Virus record (IMG/VR): IMGVR_UViG_3300033388_005055
Coordinates: 1-50,440 of that record
Origin: a virus
Lineage: Duplodnaviria > Caudoviricetes
Direction: 5' to 3' (one strand)
Length of the DNA stretch: 50,440 nt
This document shows, piece after piece, positions 36,352-44,665 of this stretch. Every line of letters starts with the position of its first letter. The first letter of the stretch is position 1. The position numbers and the translations under genes were made by a program. The notes under the pieces were generated by a model. The model made no database searches and was not told where the DNA came from. It worked only from the letters and a program-made list of their open reading frames with translations.

Positions 36352-36497
36352 AAATAAAAAACCCGACGAAAACACAGGTTGACCGAATAGAAAAATAAAC
36401 GTATAAAGTTTTTTCTATTCACCATATGCTCTCATCGGGAATTATAATCTAATTAAAGATTATTTACGTTTTATAATCAATCAGTGGTCAAACTGAT
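36352..36497 (-). ncRNA. Candidate structured cis-regulatory/antisense RNA ending in a terminator
   Basis: 15-bp stem with 4 G.U pairs plus an 11-bp stem, GGUCA bulge and U tract; an upstream hairpin exposes the complementary UUGACC loop. Confidence 0.65.
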
Positions 36498-36518
36498 AAC
36501 ATAATCATAGTCTATTCT

Positions 36519-36983
36519 CTATTCGTTTTCAAGATTAGGAAATACACTGAGAAGATTATTCTTGAATTTCTCATTATCCTCTTCGCTCAATTCAATCCCT
36601 GCGATTCCAAGATGTCCGGAAATTTCCTTTTTATCAGCTACTTTGAATCCGGCTCGATCTAATAGGGAATTGATATTATTCAGTTTCCCATATTTGACAT
36701 CATCAGCAAACGCTTTGACGAACGCCCGGAGTAACATTGGTTTAGTTTTATCTTTACCTATCTCCATTAATTCAGTTTCGGTTTTATCGAATACCATTTT
36801 AATCAGATTTCTTACATCTGCAGCAGAGAGGTCAGACTCTATAGCGAACGCTTTTATCTTCGATTTCTTCCGACCTACTTTCCCTGGGTCTGGTTGATAA
36901 TCTTTCGAGAACTGATTACTCGGATGAGGATTCCCGCCGATTTTCCCCGAGTTTGATTCTGTCCCGTCTTTTTTCAATGCCAT
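36519..36983 (-). CDS. terS: Putative terminase small subunit
   Basis: NQFSKDYQPDPGKVGRKKS..LLDRAG..KKEISG; position upstream of terL. Confidence 0.65.
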   Translation of the reverse strand: MALKKDGTESNSGKIGGNPHPSNQFSKDYQPDPGKVGRKKSKIKAFAIESDLSAADVRNLIKMVFDKTETELMEIGKDKTKPMLLRAFVKAFADDVKYGKLNNINSLLDRAGFKVADKKEISGHLGIAGIELSEEDNEKFKNNLLSVFPNLENE

Positions 36984-37126
36984 AACTTACCTCTAAAATA
37001 TTTCGCTCGAAGTCGGTCGAGTTCTTGTGCTTCCTGAACCTCTTTTTGCAGTATAGCGCTTCTTTGCTGGACTCGCTTTTCCTGTCCGGCTTTTTTACTC
37101 TTTCTATCTTTTCCGCTTGCTGCCAT
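36974..37126 (-). CDS. Small basic protein (50 aa, not in ORF track)
   Basis: MAASGKDRKSKKAGQEKRVQQRSAILQKEVQEAQELDRLRAKYFRGKLWH; RBS GAGGT. Confidence 0.55.
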   Translation of the reverse strand: MAASGKDRKSKKAGQEKRVQQRSAILQKEVQEAQELDRLRAKYFRGKLWH

Positions 37127-37128
37127 AT

Positions 37129-37956
37129 CTACACCTCATAATCAATAGTCTTGTACCGGTCGATCATGGTACGTTGATATTCATAATTGAAATCATACAA
37201 ATCCGGACTTTCTTCAATCATAAGCTGCTCAACGTTCCCGGAGCTCCGAAGATTTGCAGAACCATGTATCACTATCTTCTCCCCTGAGTATAACTCTATT
37301 AGGGCTATTTTACAATGAGACCGACAAACCACCAACTGAAACCGGTTGTCTTTGTCGAGTTCCTGGTATAGATACGGGACAAGGTTATGTTTTTCGTGAG
37401 AGTAAAAATATGTAGAGATAAGAAGATTTAATTTATCACAGTATCCACCGTTCATAACGTTGGCCAGTGAATCGATATTATTCTCATTCATGGATAATGT
37501 AGAAATCGTTAAGGTTTTTACCCTGTAATCTTTCCCCACGATAAGTGCTTCGATGAAATCTCCGAAATAGAATTTTCCATTTACAAAAACATAATGTCGG
37601 GACCCGAGAGTAATCTCGATATCATCAGCGAGTTTTTTAGCCTTCGAGTATTGGAGAAATTCTTCTTTAATATCCGGTTCTATCTTCGGTTTCATATACC
37701 TGGTATCCAACCCTTCCCCGAAATCAAAATCCATATTAAAATCATCCATATCCAGTTCCATATTGAAATCGAAGGAATCAGAATTAGATAATGAGAGATG
37801 GATATTCTCTAATCTTTTGACTGAAGTTTTACCGGGAGGATTATCTCCCTTTTCCCATTTACGGAAAGTGGAGACGGAGAAATTATATTTCTCACAAAAT
37901 TCTTTCTGGTTTAGCCCGGTTTTATTTCTGGTCGCGATTATCTGTTCGGGTGTCAT
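37129..37956 (-). CDS. XRE HTH fused to a PLD-superfamily (HxK) nuclease-like domain
   Basis: N-terminal TRNKTGLNQKEFC..STFRKWEKG; C-terminal SHCKIALIE..IHGSANLRSSGNVEQ. Confidence 0.75.
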   Translation of the reverse strand: MTPEQIIATRNKTGLNQKEFCEKYNFSVSTFRKWEKGDNPPGKTSVKRLENIHLSLSNSDSFDFNMELDMDDFNMDFDFGEGLDTRYMKPKIEPDIKEEFLQYSKAKKLADDIEITLGSRHYVFVNGKFYFGDFIEALIVGKDYRVKTLTISTLSMNENNIDSLANVMNGGYCDKLNLLISTYFYSHEKHNLVPYLYQELDKDNRFQLVVCRSHCKIALIELYSGEKIVIHGSANLRSSGNVEQLMIEESPDLYDFNYEYQRTMIDRYKTIDYEV

Positions 37957-38489
37957 TTCATATCCTCTATCTGTTGTTCTAGTTGTTCACTGTACTCTTT
38001 TAGTTTCGCATAATCCATTTTCCATTGTTCAATCTCTTCATGAGCTTTTTGGGTGGCTGTGGTGTAGGCTGATTTGAAAATTTGATATCTACTATTCCAT
38101 ATATCTATAAGTTGTATAGGTGTTGTAGCTGAATCCCCTTTGAAACAATCCTGCTGTTTATCAAACACTATAGCATTTGAATGGAATGGAAATAGTATAA
38201 AAAAAGACTCTCTTCTCTCATCACTGGTAGACTGCTGAACAGCTAATCGTTTTTGTACTGATTTTGATGTTACTTCTGGCTGTCTTCCATCAGGAGTATC
38301 ACTACACTGTAAGCAGTAATCACCATCTGTTATTATATTTGGGCATGATAGACATTTATGCTGTTCTGGCTCTTCGCCTGTTCTACTGAAATCTTCAAAT
38401 TGATCAGGAATACTTTTGCATTGGACTGTATTCTCTGAGATACACATCCCGTTGTCATTTAGGGAACATCTTACTAATTTACACTTCAT
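37953..38489 (-). CDS. Cys-rich hypothetical protein
   Basis: Two Cys clusters; C-terminal coiled coil. Confidence 0.6.
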   Translation of the reverse strand: MKCKLVRCSLNDNGMCISENTVQCKSIPDQFEDFSRTGEEPEQHKCLSCPNIITDGDYCLQCSDTPDGRQPEVTSKSVQKRLAVQQSTSDERRESFFILFPFHSNAIVFDKQQDCFKGDSATTPIQLIDIWNSRYQIFKSAYTTATQKAHEEIEQWKMDYAKLKEYSEQLEQQIEDMK

Positions 38490-38817
38490 TCTGATCTCCT
38501 TCAAGCTGTTTGAGAACTAGTACAACTTCTCTATGTCCTGTTTCTTCAGCTACAATCTCCAAAGCATCAACAGCAATTTTAAGATTCTTCTCAAGTTTTC
38601 TGTTCATTTCGTTCAAAGTTCTTACTCTTATTATGTCCTCTTTATGCATGTTTTTAAATTCTCTTAGATTCTTCTCAAGCTCTGTGGTGTATTCAGCTCT
38701 TGTGAATCTAGGCATTGAATCAGGAGCATTAAAGCCATCCATCATTCCCAGGATTTTATCATAACCGTATTTCACTTTATCGTTTTTTGCTTCTATCGGC
38801 TTTCTGTCTTTACTCAT
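38479..38817 (-). CDS. Hypothetical coiled-coil protein
   Basis: Overlap coupling with neighbours. Confidence 0.6.
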   Translation of the reverse strand: MSKDRKPIEAKNDKVKYGYDKILGMMDGFNAPDSMPRFTRAEYTTELEKNLREFKNMHKEDIIRVRTLNEMNRKLEKNLKIAVDALEIVAEETGHREVVLVLKQLEGDQNEV

Positions 38818-39053
38818 TTCCTTTCCTTTGGCGCCCATTTAAAAATAGAGAATGCCTTAAGAGTTTCACTTTTTCTGTAGTATCCGGCTATAGTTGAAAA
38901 ATCATATTCAAGATCGTTGTCTTTGCAGAATGACTCGAATTTCTTCTCCGGAGTTGTCTCCTCACATTTTTTACACAGATCACAAATGATCAATGGTTCT
39001 TCTTCTTCTGGACATTCTGAAGTTCTGTAAAATTTGCATTTCGTATTTGTCAT
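38814..39053 (-). CDS. Hypothetical Cys-containing protein
   Basis: CKFYRTSEC..CDLCKKC; RBS AGGGG. Confidence 0.6.
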   Translation of the reverse strand: MTNTKCKFYRTSECPEEEEPLIICDLCKKCEETTPEKKFESFCKDNDLEYDFSTIAGYYRKSETLKAFSIFKWAPKERK

Positions 39054-39070
39054 AATTTTTCCCCTTTCCT

Positions 39071-39232
39071 CTACATTGCTGAAACTTTGAAACAAGTTTT
39101 CCCGATATAATAAAAGTCACCTTGATAAGAAAACCCACCACGAAGCTGTCCCCAAACCATCATTGAAGATTCAATCCCGACTTTTCTGATCTCAAGATAT
39201 TCCGCTGCAGTAATTCCAGTAACTTTATTCAT
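39071..39232 (-). CDS. Small protein (53 aa, not in ORF track)
   Basis: MNKVTGITAAEYLEIRK...; RBS AAGGAG right after the promoter. Confidence 0.6.
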   Translation of the reverse strand: MNKVTGITAAEYLEIRKVGIESSMMVWGQLRGGFSYQGDFYYIGKTCFKVSAM

Positions 39233-39256
39233 AATCTTCTCCTTAACTCTTAATCT

Positions 39257-39319
39257 ATTATACTTCCCATATGGTAACTAGTCAACCATATTCAAAGAAA
39301 TAACGAAAAGATATGGTAA
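39257..39319 (-). promoter_or_regulatory. Strong sigma70 promoter with an inverted-repeat operator candidate
   Basis: TTGACT(39285)-17-TATAAT(39262); ATATGGT(39269)/ACCATAT(39285) inverted repeat; extra ATATGGTAA at 39311. Confidence 0.8.
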
Positions 39320-39402
39320 GAAAATGATTTCGGAAATGCTCTCGTTTTTGAGCGGAAATTGTAATCATCGAGTATTACTTTAGTTTTAAACTATCTAACA
39401 TA

Positions 39403-39765
39403 TTAAAACCAATGCTGTGCTACATGGTTCTCGACTATTTTCTGCATATCATCCACCGAGAAAACCAGGTGATAATCATATCCGAATGAATGCATTTTTT
39501 TCTCAAACTTTTTCTGATTAGTGCTTTGGATCCATTTTTTAGGACTCTTAACTTCAACGAATATTATCTTATCTGGTTTCGTTTGCATCGGGAGGAAGAC
39601 TATGAGGTCGGAAAACCCTGGCTTTAATCCTGCGGTTATGGCTTGCATTGTTCTCACTGCATTTTTACCACCGAGTTCATTTGGAACATACACCGCATAT
39701 ATATCTTTGCTTTGGAGGTATTTGATTATGTCACATTGAATGAGAATTTCGTCGTTTCTACCCAT
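39403..39765 (-). CDS. VRR-NUC nuclease (Holliday junction resolvase-like)
   Basis: VPNE..GLKPGFSDL..FVEVKSP..QSTNQKKF. Confidence 0.85.
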   Translation of the reverse strand: MGRNDEILIQCDIIKYLQSKDIYAVYVPNELGGKNAVRTMQAITAGLKPGFSDLIVFLPMQTKPDKIIFVEVKSPKKWIQSTNQKKFEKKMHSFGYDYHLVFSVDDMQKIVENHVAQHWF

Positions 39766-40213
39766 GAGTTTGATTTTTCCTCATATCTTCTAAAATCTTA
39801 TTCATAGATTCTTTCGTTTTTTCTTTCGACATTTTCTTTTCTTTTAAATACATTTCATATTCAACAGGAGTTTTAATTGACTCGACATAATCATAAATAT
39901 TTATAATTTTAGAATTATCTATATTAAAGAATTTTCGCAATTGGATTAAAGATGAAAATAGAAGTTCAGATTCATGTTCTTTTATTAAAATTAAATCTTT
40001 GTTATTAAAGAATATTCCGCTGTCTTTATTAAAAGTAGTCCAGTAATTTGCTTTTCTTAATCTTCCATTTTTCAATACTATTTTTATATTTATTAAATTC
40101 CCTGCTCCTTCTTTAAAAAATATAATCCAACTATCTTGAACTTCTACTTCTCCTATCAATTTATATTCTAATAGATCGGGCAGATTCCCTTGATATGTTT
40201 TTGCTTTTTTCAT
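39758..40213 (-). CDS. Hypothetical protein (very AT-rich)
   Basis: 151-aa ORF with RBS GGGAG. Confidence 0.6.
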   Translation of the reverse strand: MKKAKTYQGNLPDLLEYKLIGEVEVQDSWIIFFKEGAGNLINIKIVLKNGRLRKANYWTTFNKDSGIFFNNKDLILIKEHESELLFSSLIQLRKFFNIDNSKIINIYDYVESIKTPVEYEMYLKEKKMSKEKTKESMNKILEDMRKNQTHG

Positions 40214-40274
40214 TTTCTACATTTCTCCCTATTCTTTAATATTTTTCTAAGTCAATTTAAAGCCATCTTCGGAG

Positions 40275-40381
40275 GTAGAATAGGTAGAAGCGTATACGCT
40301 TTTCTACTAATTCTACTTAAAACCCCTCGATTTGATCAAAAGTAGAATTTGTAGATTCTACCTAAATTCTACTTTTTCTAC
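40275..40381. repeat. Iteron-like GTAGAA/TTCTAC cluster, candidate replication origin
   Basis: About 9 copies in both orientations around the palindrome AGCGTATACGCT, at the primase 3' end. Confidence 0.6.
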
Positions 40382-42395
40382 ATAGCATCAATTTAGTTGA
40401 AAATTCATCCTCAATTATCAGATATCCGTTATTAAAAGGTCGTATGATATTTTTCTCAATAAACCTTGTGGCCATTCCTTTTCCACTCTTTTTTACTGCC
40501 TGAGAACCTGCATTTTCATTCTTTACGATTCCGTTATCTACTAAAAAAGTCTTCCATGCCGAACTTGTAATATAAGGGAAATTACTATTTTCATCATGTT
40601 CCATTCCAGAGCATAACCATGCCCCTTCAAGGTATTGCATGTCCTCGATTATTTTTGTTGGTAGCTCTGGTTTGTGCTCTTCAGTGTCGTGTATTGCTAC
40701 GCATGTGCTTTGCTTATTCTTAAACTTACCGAGTCCCATTTCTATGATTTCAAGCTTATAGTTGATTTTATCTCCCTTGCTCCCGAGCTCTCTTTCTTTT
40801 GTAATTTCTGCGGTTTTATACTTTCCATTATCTGATACTTTTATTTCAGTGTTGACATGAGCATAGATAGACGATGATCCCCTTGCACCTTTTGATTTAT
40901 CTTTACCCGAATGATGAATCACCAGTACTGAAGTATTAGTCATTTCTGAGATTAAAGAGAATTTCTGCATAATAGGACTCATATCCTTTACACCATTTTC
41001 ATCTGCTCCGGCTGATATTTGAGCCAGAGTATCGGCTATTATAAAGTTGACTTTCTGACCTCTCTTCTTTTCTACTTCAGTCACTAGCTCTATTATTTTT
41101 ATATGATCAGTTTGATTTTGATATAGATTTATTGGTTTTTTAACTACAGCGATATTTTTAAAATGATAATTATGATGTTTTTTCATAGCCTGTAATCTCA
41201 TCTTTATAGATCCTGGGGCTTCGGTGGCAATATAAAGAACTAGTCCTTTCTCTGTTTTCCTACCGTAACAGTCCCAACCCTCCGAAACGTCCCTGGCAAG
41301 GGATAAACAGAAAAATGTTTTACCGCTATTAGAGTCACCATAAACTACTGATACGGTTTTCTTGACTAAAAGATTTTGTATTAATTCGTCCGGTGGTTCG
41401 TATTCTTCTGATAGTTCATCGATAAAAGAAACATCAAGTTCTTTTATCAAGCTTGAAGAAAACAATAAAGATTTAACATCACCGCCTGATTCCCTATAAT
41501 CATTTATATCCCCTGGTTCCGGTGGCATAATTACAGAGCATCCTGATTGCTCTGCGGCTTCTCTGGCCTTCTTTTCTCCAGTATTAGTTTTAAGAGAATC
41601 ATTATCAGCAACAATTATTATTGATTTGTCCGGGTATTTGTTACGCATTATCTTTGCTACTTTTGGGATATTACCGGCTCCAAATGCCATTATAGATAAC
41701 TCTCCAGTTTCCTCGTAAATAGTGGCAGCTGTAGCGAATCCTTCCGCAATATATACCTTTTCTTTTAATTCCCCTATTGGATAAAAACATCCCCCGGCTT
41801 TGGCGTTTTTAAAGAACATCTTTTTTCCATTCGTGGGTATTGTCTGAATAGTAGAAATCTCTCCATCTTCATTAAACCCGGGAACTATTAAACTACCAGA
41901 AGCAGAAACCCTAGTCTTATAAGCTCCCGATAATCCCTTTTTTGCACAGTATCCGGTGGTAGAATCAGCTGAACCACAAGAATTCCATAAAGCTATAGCA
42001 TCTTTGGATGCTTCTTCCCATGCTTCTTCCTGTTCTTCCTTTCTTATTTTTTTGGCTTTTTCTTGTCTAACCTTTATAGCCATCTCTTCAGCTATAGAAA
42101 TAGGCCTCCCTATATTTGCACGGAATGAAAAGCCTTCCCCTCCCTGTCTCCAGTCTCCTATATATCCAGCAGGGACAAGAGCATCGGGATAAATCCTATA
42201 CCAGCCAACATCATCATTTTTCCCTTTCAATGGGAACCGATGAACTTCTCCATCAATCAAAACAACAGGAGGAGCAGGCCATCCAAAATCACGAATAGCA
42301 TCTTTTACTTGTTCTTCAACTGATCTCTGATCTGCATCACTATCTGTACTAAACCCACCAAGTCCAAAAAACGGTTCTAAATTTCCAGCAGCCAT
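40362..42395 (-). CDS. Primase-helicase (Toprim plus RecA-like AAA_25 helicase)
   Basis: YIAEGFATA..IVADND..GDIND Toprim; YGDSNSGKT Walker A; IIADT; IHHSGK..RGSS. Confidence 0.9.
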   Translation of the reverse strand: MAAGNLEPFFGLGGFSTDSDADQRSVEEQVKDAIRDFGWPAPPVVLIDGEVHRFPLKGKNDDVGWYRIYPDALVPAGYIGDWRQGGEGFSFRANIGRPISIAEEMAIKVRQEKAKKIRKEEQEEAWEEASKDAIALWNSCGSADSTTGYCAKKGLSGAYKTRVSASGSLIVPGFNEDGEISTIQTIPTNGKKMFFKNAKAGGCFYPIGELKEKVYIAEGFATAATIYEETGELSIMAFGAGNIPKVAKIMRNKYPDKSIIIVADNDSLKTNTGEKKAREAAEQSGCSVIMPPEPGDINDYRESGGDVKSLLFSSSLIKELDVSFIDELSEEYEPPDELIQNLLVKKTVSVVYGDSNSGKTFFCLSLARDVSEGWDCYGRKTEKGLVLYIATEAPGSIKMRLQAMKKHHNYHFKNIAVVKKPINLYQNQTDHIKIIELVTEVEKKRGQKVNFIIADTLAQISAGADENGVKDMSPIMQKFSLISEMTNTSVLVIHHSGKDKSKGARGSSSIYAHVNTEIKVSDNGKYKTAEITKERELGSKGDKINYKLEIIEMGLGKFKNKQSTCVAIHDTEEHKPELPTKIIEDMQYLEGAWLCSGMEHDENSNFPYITSSAWKTFLVDNGIVKNENAGSQAVKKSGKGMATRFIEKNIIRPFNNGYLIIEDEFSTKLMLCRKSRI

Positions 42396-42397
42396 AA

Positions 42398-42565
42398 TCA
42401 ATTCTTCTCAAGATAATCAGACAGTTTTTTCAGTATACTATATCTGGGGTCTGTTTCTCCTCGCACCAGCTTATATAGCGTATTGTGGTGAATCCCGGTT
42501 TTTTCAGAAACTTTTAAAATATTTCGATCAGAGAGCAATTCTCTTATTTCTTCAATTGTTAACAT
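42398..42565 (-). CDS. Cro-like HTH protein (55 aa, not in ORF track)
   Basis: MLTIEEIRELLSDRNILKVSEKTGIHHNTLYKLVRGETDPRYSILKKLSDYL; RBS AGGAGG. Confidence 0.85.
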   Translation of the reverse strand: MLTIEEIRELLSDRNILKVSEKTGIHHNTLYKLVRGETDPRYSILKKLSDYLEKN

Positions 42566-42583
42566 AATTTTTGTTTCCTCCTA

Positions 42584-42617
42584 TTGACATGTTAAACTTA
42601 TCATACTAATATGTCAA
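42584..42617. promoter_or_regulatory. Overlapping divergent promoters built on the inverted repeat TTGACAT/ATGTCAA
   Basis: Plus strand TTGACA(42584)-17-TAATAT; minus strand TTGACA(42617)-17-TAACAT. Confidence 0.75.
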
Positions 42618-42665
42618 GTATAAGCCGACAAGAAAAAATCTGACTGGCTGAAGGAGAACATATTT

Positions 42666-43385
42666 ATGAGTATTCAATTAAAGAGTACTAAAGACGTTCA
42701 CATGAATGGCGCTAAAGTGCTTGTTTATGGTGCGTCTGGATCGGGGAAGACTACCCTGATTAAAACATTACCGAATCCGGTGATACTGTCGGCTGAGTCG
42801 GGGCTATTGTCTTTATCTGATGAAGAGATCCCTTTTATAGAGATCGGGACAATAGATGATCTATATGAAGCTTATCAGTGGATTACAAGTGATGAGGCAA
42901 CCGGATTTGATTCTGTAGCAATCGACTCAATTTCTGAAATTGCAGAGGTTGTTTTGTCTGCAGAGAAAAAAATCGCTAAAGATCCCCGGCAGGCATACGG
43001 TGCGACTCAGGAAAAATTGACAGATCTTATCAGAGCGTTCCGCGATCTTCCCGGGAAGAATGTTTACATGACTGCAAAACTGGAGAAGGCAACCGACGAA
43101 CAGGGTCGTTTATTGTATTACCCTTCGATGCCTGGAAACAAACTTGGACAAGCTCTTCCTTATTTCTTCGATCATGTGTTCGCAATGAGAGCGGAGAAAG
43201 ATGAAGAGGGGAAAACTCAGAGGTTTCTTCAGACTGAAAATGATGGCCTATGGATGGCGAAGGCTCGCGGGGTTCAGTTAGAAGCTTATGAGCTCCCCGA
43301 CCTTGGCGCGATTATCGGGAAACTGGGAGGTTCTTCAAAGAGCGCTAAAGAGGAAGTACAGAAAGAGGAGGTAATTGATGTCTGA
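42666..43385 (+). CDS. Sak4-like AAA_24 ATPase (ssDNA annealing)
   Basis: LVYGASGSGKTT..VAIDSISE..LPYFFDHV. Confidence 0.85.
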   Translation: MSIQLKSTKDVHMNGAKVLVYGASGSGKTTLIKTLPNPVILSAESGLLSLSDEEIPFIEIGTIDDLYEAYQWITSDEATGFDSVAIDSISEIAEVVLSAEKKIAKDPRQAYGATQEKLTDLIRAFRDLPGKNVYMTAKLEKATDEQGRLLYYPSMPGNKLGQALPYFFDHVFAMRAEKDEEGKTQRFLQTENDGLWMAKARGVQLEAYELPDLGAIIGKLGGSSKSAKEEVQKEEVIDV

Positions 43386-43731
43386 GGGGAATCTATACCA
43401 GAAGTGGATTGACGCGAAAGCAGCGGAGAAACTTTTAACTGATCTGAGAAGGGAAATTGAAGACCAGATCCTCTCTGAAGATCCGGACACAGCGGGATAT
43501 TCTGTTGTAATAACTACCCGTGTTAATAAAAAGATCAATGCTGATCTTCTTCAGGAGCTGGCAACTGAGGCGGGATTGACTGAGCATTTATCGAGTCTTT
43601 TCCGATGGAAACCGGAGATTAATTCCAAAGATTGGAAAGCTGCGGATAAAAGTATTACTGATCCGCTGTTGGATGCAATAACAAGCACTCCGGGACGGGC
43701 ATCGTTTAAGATTGAACGCTTGGAGGTTTGA
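43378..43731 (+). CDS. Conserved hypothetical protein of the Sak4-SSB module
   Basis: WIDAKAAEK..RREIED..LFRWKPEIN..AITSTPGRASF. Confidence 0.7.
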   Translation: MSEGNLYQKWIDAKAAEKLLTDLRREIEDQILSEDPDTAGYSVVITTRVNKKINADLLQELATEAGLTEHLSSLFRWKPEINSKDWKAADKSITDPLLDAITSTPGRASFKIERLEV

Positions 43732-43734
43732 AGG

Positions 43735-44025
43735 GTGAAAAAAATCTATGTATTCATAAATGGAAGTAATTCTATGGGAGTTCATCCTGTTGCATTATGT
43801 GAAGATGGAAATTCTTTAGCTGGACACCTTTGTTCTCATGAAGGGTTTGTTAAACATGATATGGGATTTACTTCAGATTGGAAGCATGAACATTACGATG
43901 AGCATTGTGGAAAAGACAATTGGGAGCTTGAATATATTGAAGATGAAGATATTGAAGCTCATGAGGGATTGCAAAAAGCTATTAAGCTAAATCAAGAATT
44001 ACCAGAAGAGGAGAGTAAAAAATGA
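43735..44025 (+). CDS. Hypothetical His/Cys-rich protein
   Basis: ALCEDG..GHLCSH..HDMG..HEHYDEHC. Confidence 0.65.
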   Translation: MKKIYVFINGSNSMGVHPVALCEDGNSLAGHLCSHEGFVKHDMGFTSDWKHEHYDEHCGKDNWELEYIEDEDIEAHEGLQKAIKLNQELPEEESKK

Positions 44026-44501
44026 ATCTAGGACAAGATATTAATGTAGCAGACATACCAACGGAATCGGCATTCACACCACTGCCGGCTGGATGGTATC
44101 AGGCAAGTATTGAAAGTGTAGAGCTGAAACCTTCGAATGCTGGGACCAGTACTTATATGAATATTAAATATTCAATCCTGGGACCAACTCATCAGGGCAG
44201 AGTGGTTTTCGGAATGTGTGGAGTATCTAACCAGGATGCAGAGAAAGAAAAAACATCCCGGTATTTTCTCGGGCAGCTCATGAGAGCTACCGGCCTACAG
44301 AGATTGACAGACACTGATCAGCTGGTAGGTGCAAATCTTAAGATAAAACTTAAGGTCAGACCTAAAACTGAACAGTACGACGCTCAGAATGAGGTCAAAG
44401 AGTATGAAGCTATTTCGGGAAGTCAATTGCCTAAAGCTGCGGGAAGTGGCCCGGTAGTGGAGAGTGTCCCTGGGAATAATCCTCCATGGGCTAAGAAGTA
44501 A
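44022..44501 (+). CDS. DUF669 family ssDNA-binding protein
   Basis: FTPLPAGWY..HQGRVVF..DTDQLVG..NEVK..PPW. Confidence 0.85.
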   Translation: MNLGQDINVADIPTESAFTPLPAGWYQASIESVELKPSNAGTSTYMNIKYSILGPTHQGRVVFGMCGVSNQDAEKEKTSRYFLGQLMRATGLQRLTDTDQLVGANLKIKLKVRPKTEQYDAQNEVKEYEAISGSQLPKAAGSGPVVESVPGNNPPWAKK

Positions 44502-44628
44502 TAATTTCCCGTATGGGTAAATATAAAAATAAAACAATTTTTTTATGAAAATGTAGTAGTAGGATTAAAAAATAAAAGGAGGTAATGTTTTCAGGATGTC
44601 GGCAGACTCGATGCAAGCAATGTATATC

Positions 44629-44664
44629 AATCAGGAGTGCCCTAATAACACACTCCTGGTTATT
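44629..44664 (+). other. Hairpin immediately 5' of the tRNA-like gene
   Basis: AATCAGGAGTG-11-CACTCCTGGTT then ATTT. Confidence 0.55.
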
Positions 44665-44665
44665 T

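Noticed and set aside
9700-42298. Many plus-strand ORFs antisense to structural and primase genes (e.g. 9700, 16342, 19930, 26931, 30393, 36562, 41956)
   Set aside because: Shadow frames of well-supported minus-strand genes, with no recognisable motifs
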